From an uncultured Eubacterium sp. (GTDB lineage Bacteria > Bacillota > Clostridia > Lachnospirales > Lachnospiraceae): a DNA stretch of 64,000 bases. The position numbers were made by a program, and so were the translations under genes. The first letter of the stretch is position 1. The number at the start of each line of letters is the position of its first letter. The stretch is taken from positions 441 through 64,440 of the forward strand of contig CANDMV010000004.1 in the NCBI GenBank assembly GCA_947385875.1, read 5' to 3'. Below the pieces are notes generated by a model. The model was not told where the DNA came from and made no database searches. It saw only the letters and a program-made list of their open reading frames with translations. Below, in pieces: positions 28,308 to 38,687 of this stretch.

Positions 28308-29249
28308 TTGAGGGAGAAATTTGGATTAAAGAGTTTGCAAAATGAAATTAAGCTGGAACGTTTTCGAACGATGAGCGAGCCGGTATTAGTTTCAAAGACA
28401 AATGGAGTCAGCGGTAAGCTGTATATAGCATCAGAAATGGACCGTATGGATAAGATCGGGTATGACTGTGTAGCTGCTTGTGTAAATGACATGGCAGCGC
28501 TGGGGGCAGAGCCTTTGTTTTTCTATTCTAATATATCTTGTGTAAGGCCGAAGGCTGATAAGATCAGGATTATCGAGGATGGGATTACTGAAGCCTGTGA
28601 ACAGGCCAAGCTGCAGTTTGCGGGCAGCGAGATCGTGGAGCTGCCGGATAAGTATGCATTTGACCAGTATGAGCTGGCAGGATTTATTGTTGGGATTGTA
28701 GATCAGAAGAAAAAGATTGGTTTAAAAAGGCTTGAGGATGGAGATGTGATTGTTGGGCTTACTTCGGACGGGCTGCATAATAATGGATATGTACTGGCTA
28801 AAAAGCAGCTGTTCTTATCTAAGGGAACGATGGAGGTCTATTATGATACGCTGGGCGGGACTCTGGGGGACCTGCTGCTTCGTCCGACAAAAATGTATCA
28901 AAAATGCATGAAGCATCTGCTGGATACTGAGATTGAGATAAAATCGTGCATACAGGTGGCTCATGGCGGTCTGGACAGAGCGCTTCAGCTGCTTTTGCAT
29001 GATGAGTACGGAGCAGTGGTAAAGCGCCGGACGGATACGATACCTCCGCTGTATCAGATGCTTCATAAAGATGGCAATATAGATCTTCAGCAGATGCGCC
29101 GGACATTTAATATGGGTATCGGTATGCTGCTGATTGTATCGGAGGAAAATGCTGATAGAGCGGCGGAATATCTGGAGGAGACAGGTGAAAATCCAATTTT
29201 TTTAGGGCTGGTGGAGTCAGGCCAGAAAATCATCCGTTATTTGGAATAA
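28308..29249 (+). CDS. Diverged PurM (AIR synthase)-like protein, N-terminus short or uncertain
   Basis: EPVLVSKTNGV, DCVAACVNDM, GAEPLFF, GLHNNGY, LLRPTKMY, TFNMGIGM align with PurM, but several motifs are altered. Confidence 0.8.
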   Translation: MREKFGLKSLQNEIKLERFRTMSEPVLVSKTNGVSGKLYIASEMDRMDKIGYDCVAACVNDMAALGAEPLFFYSNISCVRPKADKIRIIEDGITEACEQAKLQFAGSEIVELPDKYAFDQYELAGFIVGIVDQKKKIGLKRLEDGDVIVGLTSDGLHNNGYVLAKKQLFLSKGTMEVYYDTLGGTLGDLLLRPTKMYQKCMKHLLDTEIEIKSCIQVAHGGLDRALQLLLHDEYGAVVKRRTDTIPPLYQMLHKDGNIDLQQMRRTFNMGIGMLLIVSEENADRAAEYLEETGENPIFLGLVESGQKIIRYLE

Positions 29250-29358
29250 TGTTGCGCCGTATTCTTTGGATTTGGACAGACAGCAGATGTCTGTCCATGG
29301 TGTGAATAGTAGCGGAATAATTGCTTTGCGTTTCTAAGCTAAGGAAAGAGGAATATGA

Positions 29359-30942
29359 ATGAGTTCACAGGATAGACTCGAAAATGTATTAAGAGACATA
29401 CATGTAATGATTTCTAAAAGTGAGAAATATGACGCGGATCGGATTGTTGTCAGCAAAAATGATATATTTAACCTGATAGACCGCTTAAATGCCAGTATTT
29501 ATGAGATAATGGATGAGTATGAGCTGACGCAGCAGAGCAGAGACCGTGCACTTCGGGAAAATAAGAAGGAGGGCGATAAGATCATCTGGGATGCCAGCCG
29601 TCAGGCAGAGGATATCTATGCAGCGTCTGTCATGTATACAGAAGAGGCGTTGAATCATCTAAATGTCATGGTGGAAGAGGCGGATCAAACGATCGGCAGA
29701 CTGTACAAAGAATTTCAAAATAATATGAAGCAGCAGCAGGAAACGATCAGGGAAAATCATCTAGAGCTAAAAAGCCAGCTGCAGCTTTTGGCAGATACAG
29801 AAAAGTATTTAAAGCTGATTGAAGAGCGCAATCGGGAGATTGAGCGTGAGCGGTCTGATAAAAAGAAGGGCAGGAAAACACTAGATAAATTTGGCGAGAG
29901 GCGTGCGGTGATAAAACCGGAGATTAAGATTAATGAAGAGTACTTCCGCAAGGCAGGAATCCCGATCATAAAAGATGAGGATGAAAAAAAAGACGATGAT
30001 CCAGAGTATATGGAGCCTCTTCCCGATGAGGGGGTGATAGAATCTACGCTTAAAAAAGCAGAAGAGGAAATGAGCCATACAGTATTGGAGGAAAAAATAC
30101 TAACTGATAACGCAGATTCTGTCAATAGTATGGCCGAAGTGAACGAAGGGCGTGGAAATCCGGCAGCTTCAGGCGCAGGGAAAAAGACAGCATTAGGAGC
30201 AGATGATGTAAGTGCTGAAGGAATGAGTGTATCTGTTCGGGCAGGTAATGGAATGCCGGCTATGAATAAATTAGAAGGATCGGAGATAGCGTCAGGGGAT
30301 GTAGGCTCTAGATTATCAGCAGCAGGATATGCAGATTCAGAATCAGGGAGAGCTGTGAGTTCAGGATCAGCATCAGGAGAATATATAGTACCACAAATAA
30401 CATCAGGAGAATTTGTGAGCTCTGGTATAACATCAGGCGAAGCTATGAGTTCTGGAATAACATCAGAGGAATATACAGATTCTGAATTATTACAAGGAAG
30501 ATCCGTGGATGCAAATATAACGCCGGGAAGATATACAGATTCTGAATTATTAGCAGGAGGTTCAGTAACTTCAGAAGGGGTTTCAGATTCAGGAGCTGCA
30601 CCAGTAAAATATGAAGATACAGAAGTATTATTAGGGTCTGTGGGAAGTAAAATATCATCGTCAGGAGAGTATTCAGACTTTGAAGAATCATCGAAGGGAG
30701 CAGCAGACAATGGAAGGATGTCACCAGTTACTGAAATGTCGGCATTAGATAGTCTTTCGTCTGAAGCTTATGCCGGACAGATGATTCAGGAAGATGAAGA
30801 AATCAGTGAAACTGTAAAAGCTGACCTGGATGAAGAGTATTTTAAGTGGAAAAATAATGGACAGAATGAAGAATCGGTGCACCCTCATCATGAAAAATTA
30901 TCTCTATTGGATAAACTTATGGGAAAGAAAAAATCTTTTTAA
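29359..30942 (+). CDS. Conserved coiled-coil protein with long acidic Ser/Gly low-complexity insert
   Basis: Coiled-coil N-half; 10-aa repeats ITSGEFVSSG/ITSGEAMSSG/ITSEEYTDSE; short C-terminal DLDEEYFKWK motif. Confidence 0.8.
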   Translation: MSSQDRLENVLRDIHVMISKSEKYDADRIVVSKNDIFNLIDRLNASIYEIMDEYELTQQSRDRALRENKKEGDKIIWDASRQAEDIYAASVMYTEEALNHLNVMVEEADQTIGRLYKEFQNNMKQQQETIRENHLELKSQLQLLADTEKYLKLIEERNREIERERSDKKKGRKTLDKFGERRAVIKPEIKINEEYFRKAGIPIIKDEDEKKDDDPEYMEPLPDEGVIESTLKKAEEEMSHTVLEEKILTDNADSVNSMAEVNEGRGNPAASGAGKKTALGADDVSAEGMSVSVRAGNGMPAMNKLEGSEIASGDVGSRLSAAGYADSESGRAVSSGSASGEYIVPQITSGEFVSSGITSGEAMSSGITSEEYTDSELLQGRSVDANITPGRYTDSELLAGGSVTSEGVSDSGAAPVKYEDTEVLLGSVGSKISSSGEYSDFEESSKGAADNGRMSPVTEMSALDSLSSEAYAGQMIQEDEEISETVKADLDEEYFKWKNNGQNEESVHPHHEKLSLLDKLMGKKKSF

Positions 30943-31063
30943 ACGATTCATCATGCGAGCGGACGAATTATTTTTCAGTTCTAAATTTACATAGGAAGCT
31001 ATGGGAATATAAATATATTTTTGAGATTTTTTAGGCATCAGATTAAACAAGGAGGATTTTAAA

Positions 31064-33349
31064 ATGAAGCTATATGATAAGGGAGTATTTCTGGTAAATG
31101 GTACAGATTTAGTAGAAGATACTCCGAAGGCAGCAGAAATATTAAAAACAAAGACGGGTGAAGATTTCACCTCAGAAAAAGCAAAGACACAGACAATCGC
31201 TTATCGTATTTTAAAGGATCATAATACATCCGGCAATATGGACAAGCTCCAGATCAAATTTGATAAGCTGACTTCTCACGATATTACTTTTGTAGGAATT
31301 ATACAGACTGCCAGAGCATCGGGATTAGAGAAGTTTCCGATTCCTTATGTATTGACGAACTGTCATAACAGTTTATGCGCGGTAGGAGGTACGATTAATG
31401 AAGATGACCATATGTTTGGGCTTTCCTGCGCGAAGAGGTATGGAGGGATTTATGTGCCGCCTCATCAGGCTGTTATTCACCAGTTTGCCAGAGAAATGCT
31501 TTCCGGCGGCGGAAAGATGATTCTTGGCTCGGATTCTCATACCCGTTATGGTGCGCTGGGCACGATGGCTATGGGAGAAGGCGGGCCGGAACTGGTAAAA
31601 CAGCTGCTGGGCCAGACTTATGATATTAATATGCCGGAAGTAGTTGGAATTTATCTGACTGGAAAGCCAGAGAAAGGCGTAGGGCCGCAGGATATTGCGA
31701 TTGCGATTATTAAGGAAGTATTTGCAAACGGATTTGTGAAAAATAAAGTAATGGAATTTGTAGGGCCTGGTGTGGAAAATCTGAGCGTTGATTTTAGAAT
31801 CGGAGTGGATGTCATGACAACAGAGACTACCTGCTTGTCATCGATCTGGAAGACGGACGATCAGGTGAAGGAATTTTATGATATACATGGCAGAGTAGAT
31901 GAGTATACCAGATTAGAGCCGGGACAGGCAGCATATTATGACGGAATGATTGAGCTGGATTTAAGTACGATTAAGCCTATGATCGCGATGCCGTTCCATC
32001 CAAGTAATGCGTATACGATAGAAGAGCTGAATGAGAATCTGTTGGATATACTAGAGGATTGTGAGAAAAAGGCGCAGGTGAGCTTTAATGGTACGGTAGA
32101 CCTGAATCTGAAAGAAAAAGTACGTAATGGAAAGCTGTATGTAGATCAGGGCATCATCGCAGGCTGTGCCGGAGGCGGATTTGAAAATATATGTGATGCT
32201 GCTGATTTATTAGACGGGGCTAGTATCGGAAGTGATGAATTTACATTAAGTGTGTATCCGGCAAGTATGCCTGTTTATATGGAGTTGGTGCGTAATGGAG
32301 CCGCAGCAAAGATTATGGCAGCAGGCGGTGTTATGAAGACTGCGTTCTGCGGGCCTTGTTTTGGTGCTGGGGATACGCCGGCAAATAACGGATTTTCGAT
32401 CAGGCATTCGACACGTAACTTCCCGAACCGTGAAGGCTCGAAGGTACAGAGCGGGCAGATTGCCTCTGTGGCATTGATGGATGCGCGGTCGATTGCAGCA
32501 ACAGCAGTGAACAAAGGATATTTGACTGCAGCGACTGACATCGATGTAAATTATACAAAACCAAAATATTTCTTTGATAAGAAGATCTATGAGAACCGTG
32601 TGTTCGACAGTCATGGGAATGCAGATTCGTCGGTAGAAGTTAAAATGGGGCCAAATATCAAGGACTGGCCGAAAATGTCTGCTCTGACAGAGCATCTGGT
32701 ATTGAAGGTTGTATCAGAGATTCATGATCCGGTAACCACTACGGATGAGCTGATTCCATCTGGTGAGACATCTTCTTACCGCTCAAATCCATTGGGACTG
32801 GCAGAATTTACACTTTCCAGAAAGGATCCAGAATATGTAGGACGCGCAAAGGAAGTGCAGAAAGCAGAAAAGGTGAGAGAAGACGGCGGTCATCCATATG
32901 AGGTTCTGCCAGAATTAAAAGATGCGGTAGACGTGATCCTGACCAAATTCCCGGATGCAGATGAGAAGAATACAGGCATCGGAAGTACGATATTTGCGGT
33001 AAAGCCGGGTGATGGTTCCGCACGTGAACAGGCTGCGTCCTGTCAGAAGGTATTGGGCGGATGGGCAAATATCGCCAATGAATATGCTACAAAGAGATAC
33101 CGTTCTAACCTGATTAACTGGGGTATGCTGCCATTATTAATTTCAGAGGGTGAGCTGCCGTTTGCAAATGGAGATTATATTTTCCTTCCGAATATCCGAA
33201 AGGCGGTAGAGGAGAAGAATTCAGATCTAACAGCTTATGCAGTAAAAAATGGCGGTTTGACAGAGTTTCATATGACATTGGGCGAGCTGACGGATGATGA
33301 ACGTGAAATAATACTGAAAGGCTGTCTGATAAATTATAATAGGAAATAA
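31064..33349 (+). CDS. Aconitase-family hydratase (YbhJ-like)
   Basis: [55 protein letters not shown]. Confidence 0.93.
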   Translation: MKLYDKGVFLVNGTDLVEDTPKAAEILKTKTGEDFTSEKAKTQTIAYRILKDHNTSGNMDKLQIKFDKLTSHDITFVGIIQTARASGLEKFPIPYVLTNCHNSLCAVGGTINEDDHMFGLSCAKRYGGIYVPPHQAVIHQFAREMLSGGGKMILGSDSHTRYGALGTMAMGEGGPELVKQLLGQTYDINMPEVVGIYLTGKPEKGVGPQDIAIAIIKEVFANGFVKNKVMEFVGPGVENLSVDFRIGVDVMTTETTCLSSIWKTDDQVKEFYDIHGRVDEYTRLEPGQAAYYDGMIELDLSTIKPMIAMPFHPSNAYTIEELNENLLDILEDCEKKAQVSFNGTVDLNLKEKVRNGKLYVDQGIIAGCAGGGFENICDAADLLDGASIGSDEFTLSVYPASMPVYMELVRNGAAAKIMAAGGVMKTAFCGPCFGAGDTPANNGFSIRHSTRNFPNREGSKVQSGQIASVALMDARSIAATAVNKGYLTAATDIDVNYTKPKYFFDKKIYENRVFDSHGNADSSVEVKMGPNIKDWPKMSALTEHLVLKVVSEIHDPVTTTDELIPSGETSSYRSNPLGLAEFTLSRKDPEYVGRAKEVQKAEKVREDGGHPYEVLPELKDAVDVILTKFPDADEKNTGIGSTIFAVKPGDGSAREQAASCQKVLGGWANIANEYATKRYRSNLINWGMLPLLISEGELPFANGDYIFLPNIRKAVEEKNSDLTAYAVKNGGLTEFHMTLGELTDDEREIILKGCLINYNRK

Positions 33350-33369
33350 AAGCGGGGCGGGCGCAGATC

Positions 33370-34692
33370 ATGGAGCAGGAAGAAAAAAAACAGACATCAA
33401 AAATATCAAAACGAAATAAAATATCAGATTCAGATTGGAATATACGGCCTTATCTGGCAATAGGACTGATTTTCTTTATAGTGTTCTGCTGCTGTATACT
33501 AGTTGTGTGCGTGTTATTCCGATTTAATGCGATTAAAGAAGCCTTTAGAGCTTTTGCAGGTATTCTGCAGCCGATTTTGATCGGGCTTGGGATTGGCTAT
33601 CTGATGAATCCAATTATGATGTTTTTTGAAAGCATACTGCTGAAGCTGGCAGACAGAAAGCATTTGAAGAAAAAATTAAATCATTTGATACGTACAGTCT
33701 CAAGTATTCTGTCAGTGCTGGTTTTTATAATGGTCATTGCTATACTGTTATCGATGGTTATTCCAGAAGTATCTGCCAATGTCTCGCACCTTGTAGATAC
33801 TCTGCCGGCACAGATTAATTCTTTTATCGTGCATATGAGAGACTGGGAATTTGGCAATCAGGAGATTACATCTTTCATAGAGACATATTTAGAATCAGCC
33901 GTAGATTTTTTTGATGACTGGCTGAAAAATTCTCTGCTGCCTCAGACAAAAGAATATGTAGAGACGTTTACAAGCGGTGTCATTAATGTACTGGTTGCAT
34001 TTAAAAATATTGTAGTCGGTCTGATTGTTTCGATTTATGTCATGTGTGAGAAAGAAAATTTTGAGGGACAGACGAAAAAAATTATTTTTGCCTTATTCCC
34101 TCCTCGTGCCGCAAATCAGGTGATACAGTTATTTCATACGACAAATGATATATTCGGAGGCTTTATAAAAGGCAAATTACTCGATTCGCTAATCATAGGC
34201 ATTTTATGCTATATTGTATTATCAATAATTAAAATGCCTTATACGCTTTTAGTCAGCGTGATTGTAGGAATTACAAACATCATTCCGTTTTTCGGCCCAT
34301 TTATAGGAGCAATCCCTAGCGCATTTTTAATTTTGCTGGTAGATCCTATGTACGCATTATATTTTGTCATTTTTATTATCATCTTACAGCAGGTTGACGG
34401 AAATATCATCGGACCGAAGATTCTGGGAGACTCAACGGGCTTGTCCTCCTTCTGGGTTATGTTTGCGATTTTAGTCGGCAGCGGACTGTTCGGCGTAATG
34501 GGAATGCTGTTAGGATGCCCGGTATTTGCAGTTATATATTATATTACACAGAAGCTGGTACATTTCTTTTTAAAGAAAAAGAAGCTGCCAGTGGAAACAG
34601 GAGTTTATATAGAAGCAACAGGTGTAGAGCCTGGAGAAAATAAACTCTGGTATGGCAGATATGCAGATGAAAAGGATAATCATTGCGACTAA
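33370..34692 (+). CDS. AI-2E family transporter
   Basis: GITNIIPFFGPFIGAIP, QQVDGNIIGPKILG, GMLLGCP. Confidence 0.93.
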   Translation: MEQEEKKQTSKISKRNKISDSDWNIRPYLAIGLIFFIVFCCCILVVCVLFRFNAIKEAFRAFAGILQPILIGLGIGYLMNPIMMFFESILLKLADRKHLKKKLNHLIRTVSSILSVLVFIMVIAILLSMVIPEVSANVSHLVDTLPAQINSFIVHMRDWEFGNQEITSFIETYLESAVDFFDDWLKNSLLPQTKEYVETFTSGVINVLVAFKNIVVGLIVSIYVMCEKENFEGQTKKIIFALFPPRAANQVIQLFHTTNDIFGGFIKGKLLDSLIIGILCYIVLSIIKMPYTLLVSVIVGITNIIPFFGPFIGAIPSAFLILLVDPMYALYFVIFIIILQQVDGNIIGPKILGDSTGLSSFWVMFAILVGSGLFGVMGMLLGCPVFAVIYYITQKLVHFFLKKKKLPVETGVYIEATGVEPGENKLWYGRYADEKDNHCD

Positions 34693-34997
34693 ATTCTGTA
34701 ATTGTTTGATTAGGATGCAGATTTTGCCAAGAGGGAATCATTACTATGAGCGGCCTTTAGGCCGTGAATAGTTATCCGAAGTCTGAATATAACAAATTAT
34801 TTTGCTTAGTAGTTTTGACATGTACGATATCCTATGGTAAACTAGCTTTGGATTGTAATGCTACATTACGATTAATAATGGGGATGATTTTATAAAATAA
34901 TTATTAGAATATACTTAAAGCTGAAAATTAATATATGAGTTTTGATAGAATATGTAGTTTTTTGATATATATAAAGGGATCATCCCTTGATAGATAG

Positions 34998-37900
34998 ATG
35001 GTGACGAGTGTGGATAAATACGAGTTTAAACTTAAAGTTGATGAAATGAAAGCGTTGGTAAGTGCGCGTAATTATAATGCAGCAGCAGAGATCGCCGAGA
35101 CTATTAACTGGCGAAAGATTCGTAATTTGAATGCCCTCGTGCTAGCCGGAGAGGTCTTTGAGCAGGTGGAGCGTTATGAGGAGAGCAAGGAAATTCTGCT
35201 TATGGCGTATGATAAGTCTCCGATTGGCAGAAATATCATTTATCGTTTGGCGGAAATAGCTATAAAGACGAGAAATTTTGAAGAGGCACAGGAGTATTAT
35301 GATGAATTTGTTGATATTGCGCCGCACGATAATCTAAAATTTGTCTTAAAGTATAAGATGACAGCTGCTCAGGGACTTCCATATGAGGATCAGATTAAAA
35401 TATTGGAAGAACTAAAAGAGCAGGAGTATTCTGAAGAATGGGCATATGAGCTTGCATATCTGTATCATAGGGATAAGCAGCCTGAAAAATGTGTAGAAGC
35501 ATGTGATGAGCTGATTCTGTGGTTTGGTGATGGCATCTATGTAGAAAAAGCGTTGGAACTGAAAATGCTCTATCAGCCGCTTACAAAGTCACAGGAAGAA
35601 AAATATCGATTATTTCGTCAGAAACGTACAGGTGTAATAGAAGTAAAGCCAAATGATTTCCTAGAGTCTGGAGAAATTGTCAATGAGGCAGTAGAGATCC
35701 CTTCCGTAGAGACAAATGCCGGGCGATATAATACGGCAAATCTGCAGCAGGAAATCGCAAAGGGAATGCAGCAGATTGCAGAGGCAGCCGGCAAAGATGA
35801 ATTGTCTGACGGTATGAACAGTATTCAAAGAGCAGTGGAAGAGATGCCATATCAATCGATGGATAAGTTCACGCAGGATCTGCATTCGATCCTTCATGGG
35901 GGTTCCGGCAGAAATAATTATCAGCAGTCGAAGAAATATAATGGTCAGCGTCGGTTTATGCAGCAGGGATTGTATGGACAACAGAATCAGTCTCGCATGT
36001 CGCAGGAATGGAATCATCAGGAACAGTACATGCCTCAGATGCCGCAAGGACAGGGGCAGCAGAGACAGCTGACATCTCAAGAACAGACACAGCAGCGACA
36101 ATCAATCCTTCAGGGGCAGGATTGGCAGAGACGGCAGACGGTTCAAGAACAGGGCCGATATGTGTCTCAGCTGCAAGGTCAAGACCGATATATCTCTCAA
36201 ATGCCGCAAGGACAGGGGCAGCAGAGTCCATATATGTCTCAAATGACACAGGACAGATTTGGTCAGCCAGAGGATCAGCAGCCGGTGCAGCTGGTAAACC
36301 AAATGAGTATCGAAGAAATTCTGGCTGAATGGGAGAAGACAAAACAGGCTACGCAGGAGGCATTGCAGGAGACAGAAGAGCATAGCCTGGATGAGGTGAA
36401 AGAAAGGGGTTTATTAGATGCAGAAAAGCTGATGGACCGTTTGATGAATATGATTCCGCAGCTGGCACAGAAAGCAGATTCGCAGGAAGGATCAGATTTA
36501 AGGTCACAGTCAGAATCGCAGTCAGAAGAAGTAGAAATAGGCATTGAGGAAGCAGGCAGGATTGTGGCAGGAATGAATAAGCTTCTTCAAGAGCAGATCG
36601 ACAGTCTGACAGCGGAGCAGTCACAGGAGCAGACAGAAGGTCTTCAGGAACAAAAGCAGCAGGAGCAGGCTCCAGCGTCACACCGTGTATCAGATCCGAC
36701 TAGAAAAATGCCAAAATTATCAGATTATGTGATGGAAAAAGAAGCTGCATCAGCAGAAAGGAAAATCAATAACGAAAGCTTAAAAGATTTTAATAATATG
36801 GAAATAAGTAAAAATGAGCCGGAAGCAGTGCAGAAATCAGATATATCAGATCGTAAGAAGCCGGAAGCAGTCAGGACATTTGAGACTGAAAGGCAGGAAA
36901 TGATGAATGCAGTGCAAAAAGAACGGATGGAAAATAGGATGAACGAATATTCTCAGGAGAATGACAGTAATAAGGATGTAGGCCAGAGGTATGTTTCTGA
37001 GAATGGAATACGAGAATATATTTCAGAGAATATAGGACAGGAGTATACTGCTGGGAATGCGGTACAGGAAAATCTTTCTGAAAATGCTCAGAAATATGTT
37101 ACTGAGAATGAATTGCAAAAGTATCTTTCAGAGAATATAGGTCAGGAATACGAAGAAGCTAAGATAAATACAGCGCAAAGATCGGCAGTCGAAGAAGCTG
37201 TGATAAATACAGTGCAAAGATCGGCAGTCGAAGAAGCGAAGATGAATATGGCACAAAGATCGGCAGTTGGAAAAGATGAGATGAATGCAGTGCAAAGATC
37301 ATCGGTTGAAGATGTAGATATAAATACAGTGCAAAGATCATTGGCCGAAGAGACAGGAATAAATATGAAGAGATCATCAGTTGAAGATGCGGGAATAAAT
37401 ACAATGCAAAGATCATCGGCCGAAGAGACAGGAATAAATACAATGCAGGGATCATCAGTTAATGAGGCAGGAATCAATGCAGTGCAAAGATCATCAGCTG
37501 ATAAAGAGGAAATGAATACAGAGCAGAGATCTGTGTCAGAAGGCAGGGACAGTGACTTAAGCAGAAAATATCCGCCATATAGTGAAAGCATGGCAGAGGA
37601 AGAATACCCAGCAAGGAATCCAGATGTGGATTTAAGACGAGAACATCCATCAGATTACACAGATATGGATAAAGAAGCGGATTTTTCAAGCAGGACGTCA
37701 CAGCCTCATCCATCTCTGGCATCCAGGCCTCATTTTCGTACGCAGGCACAGATTCAGGCAGAGGAAGCATCGAAGACAATGAATAGGGAAGAGGTTGAAG
37801 AATTTTCAGAAGAAGATATGGAAGCAGCAGCACAGGCAGCAGGTTTTTATCAAAATGCTCCTTTGGCAGATGTGCCGCAGGGCGACAAGGAAAAACATCT

Positions 37901-38654
37901 TACACCAGAGCAGAAACAGATTTTTTCATATTTTGTATTGATTTCAGGAATGGAAAGCCAAATTTTTGACTTAATTAAAGGAGTTTCTGATCATTTACTA
38001 TTTGATAAAAATTCATTATCTGGTAATATTATTGTAGAGGGTATCCAGGGAAGCGGCAAGACAGTATTAATAAAAAATATTATCATGTGCCTGCAGAAGC
38101 AGGTAAAGCGTCCAAATGGTAAGATCGGCAAGATAGACGCTAACGTACTGAATCAAAAGGATCTGGCAATACTGACAGAAAAGGTAAGCGGCGGATGTCT
38201 GATTATTGAATCTGCCGGAAAAATAACCAGAGATACGGCAGTCAAGCTGTCGCAGTGCATGGAAAATGACCATTCGGGTACACTGTATATATTAGAAGAT
38301 ACAAAGCAGGGAATACAAAAAGCATTAGAGCGGGACAGCTCTTTTGCTGCGAAGTTTACGGAGAAAATATCTATACCTTTGTTTAAAAGTGATGAGCTGG
38401 TAGCTTTTGGCAGGGCCTATGCAAATGATCTGGATTATGATATTGACGAGATGGGAGTACTGGCACTATATAAACGGATTAACAGCATTCAGACGCTGGA
38501 GCATGTCACCACACTGACTGAGGTGAAGGAAATCGTAGATGAAGCGATTGAAAATGCAGAAAAAGGTGTATTAAAGAAAGTATTTAGTATACTGACTTCA
38601 TCCAGGTCAAACGAGGAAAATTACGTAATTTTACGAGAGAAGGATTTTGAGTAG
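34998..38654 (+). CDS. Large protein: N-terminal TPR region, repeat-rich disordered middle, degenerate C-terminal AAA-like domain
   Basis: TPR-like helices in the first ~200 aa; Q-rich and 13-aa repeats; GIQGSGKT P-loop followed by LIIESAG. Confidence 0.85.
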   Translation: MVTSVDKYEFKLKVDEMKALVSARNYNAAAEIAETINWRKIRNLNALVLAGEVFEQVERYEESKEILLMAYDKSPIGRNIIYRLAEIAIKTRNFEEAQEYYDEFVDIAPHDNLKFVLKYKMTAAQGLPYEDQIKILEELKEQEYSEEWAYELAYLYHRDKQPEKCVEACDELILWFGDGIYVEKALELKMLYQPLTKSQEEKYRLFRQKRTGVIEVKPNDFLESGEIVNEAVEIPSVETNAGRYNTANLQQEIAKGMQQIAEAAGKDELSDGMNSIQRAVEEMPYQSMDKFTQDLHSILHGGSGRNNYQQSKKYNGQRRFMQQGLYGQQNQSRMSQEWNHQEQYMPQMPQGQGQQRQLTSQEQTQQRQSILQGQDWQRRQTVQEQGRYVSQLQGQDRYISQMPQGQGQQSPYMSQMTQDRFGQPEDQQPVQLVNQMSIEEILAEWEKTKQATQEALQETEEHSLDEVKERGLLDAEKLMDRLMNMIPQLAQKADSQEGSDLRSQSESQSEEVEIGIEEAGRIVAGMNKLLQEQIDSLTAEQSQEQTEGLQEQKQQEQAPASHRVSDPTRKMPKLSDYVMEKEAASAERKINNESLKDFNNMEISKNEPEAVQKSDISDRKKPEAVRTFETERQEMMNAVQKERMENRMNEYSQENDSNKDVGQRYVSENGIREYISENIGQEYTAGNAVQENLSENAQKYVTENELQKYLSENIGQEYEEAKINTAQRSAVEEAVINTVQRSAVEEAKMNMAQRSAVGKDEMNAVQRSSVEDVDINTVQRSLAEETGINMKRSSVEDAGINTMQRSSAEETGINTMQGSSVNEAGINAVQRSSADKEEMNTEQRSVSEGRDSDLSRKYPPYSESMAEEEYPARNPDVDLRREHPSDYTDMDKEADFSSRTSQPHPSLASRPHFRTQAQIQAEEASKTMNREEVEEFSEEDMEAAAQAAGFYQNAPLADVPQGDKEKHLTPEQKQIFSYFVLISGMESQIFDLIKGVSDHLLFDKNSLSGNIIVEGIQGSGKTVLIKNIIMCLQKQVKRPNGKIGKIDANVLNQKDLAILTEKVSGGCLIIESAGKITRDTAVKLSQCMENDHSGTLYILEDTKQGIQKALERDSSFAAKFTEKISIPLFKSDELVAFGRAYANDLDYDIDEMGVLALYKRINSIQTLEHVTTLTEVKEIVDEAIENAEKGVLKKVFSILTSSRSNEENYVILREKDFE
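37152..37540 (+). repeat. Intragenic 39-bp (13-aa) tandem repeat, about 10 copies
   Basis: EEAKINTAQRSAV/EEAVINTVQRSAV/.../DKEEMNTEQRSVS; ATAAATACAG at 37164 and 37203. Confidence 0.9.
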
Positions 38655-38687
38655 AATGAAAAGATTAGTTACAGGAGGGCTATTTTA

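Noticed and set aside
29757-30710. 317-aa minus-strand ORF and other antisense or overlapping ORFs in the track (e.g. 21340-21807, 37142-37591, 12786-13265)
   Set aside because: Shadow frames of well-supported + strand genes, kept open by repetitive or biased codons; no RBS or motifs.
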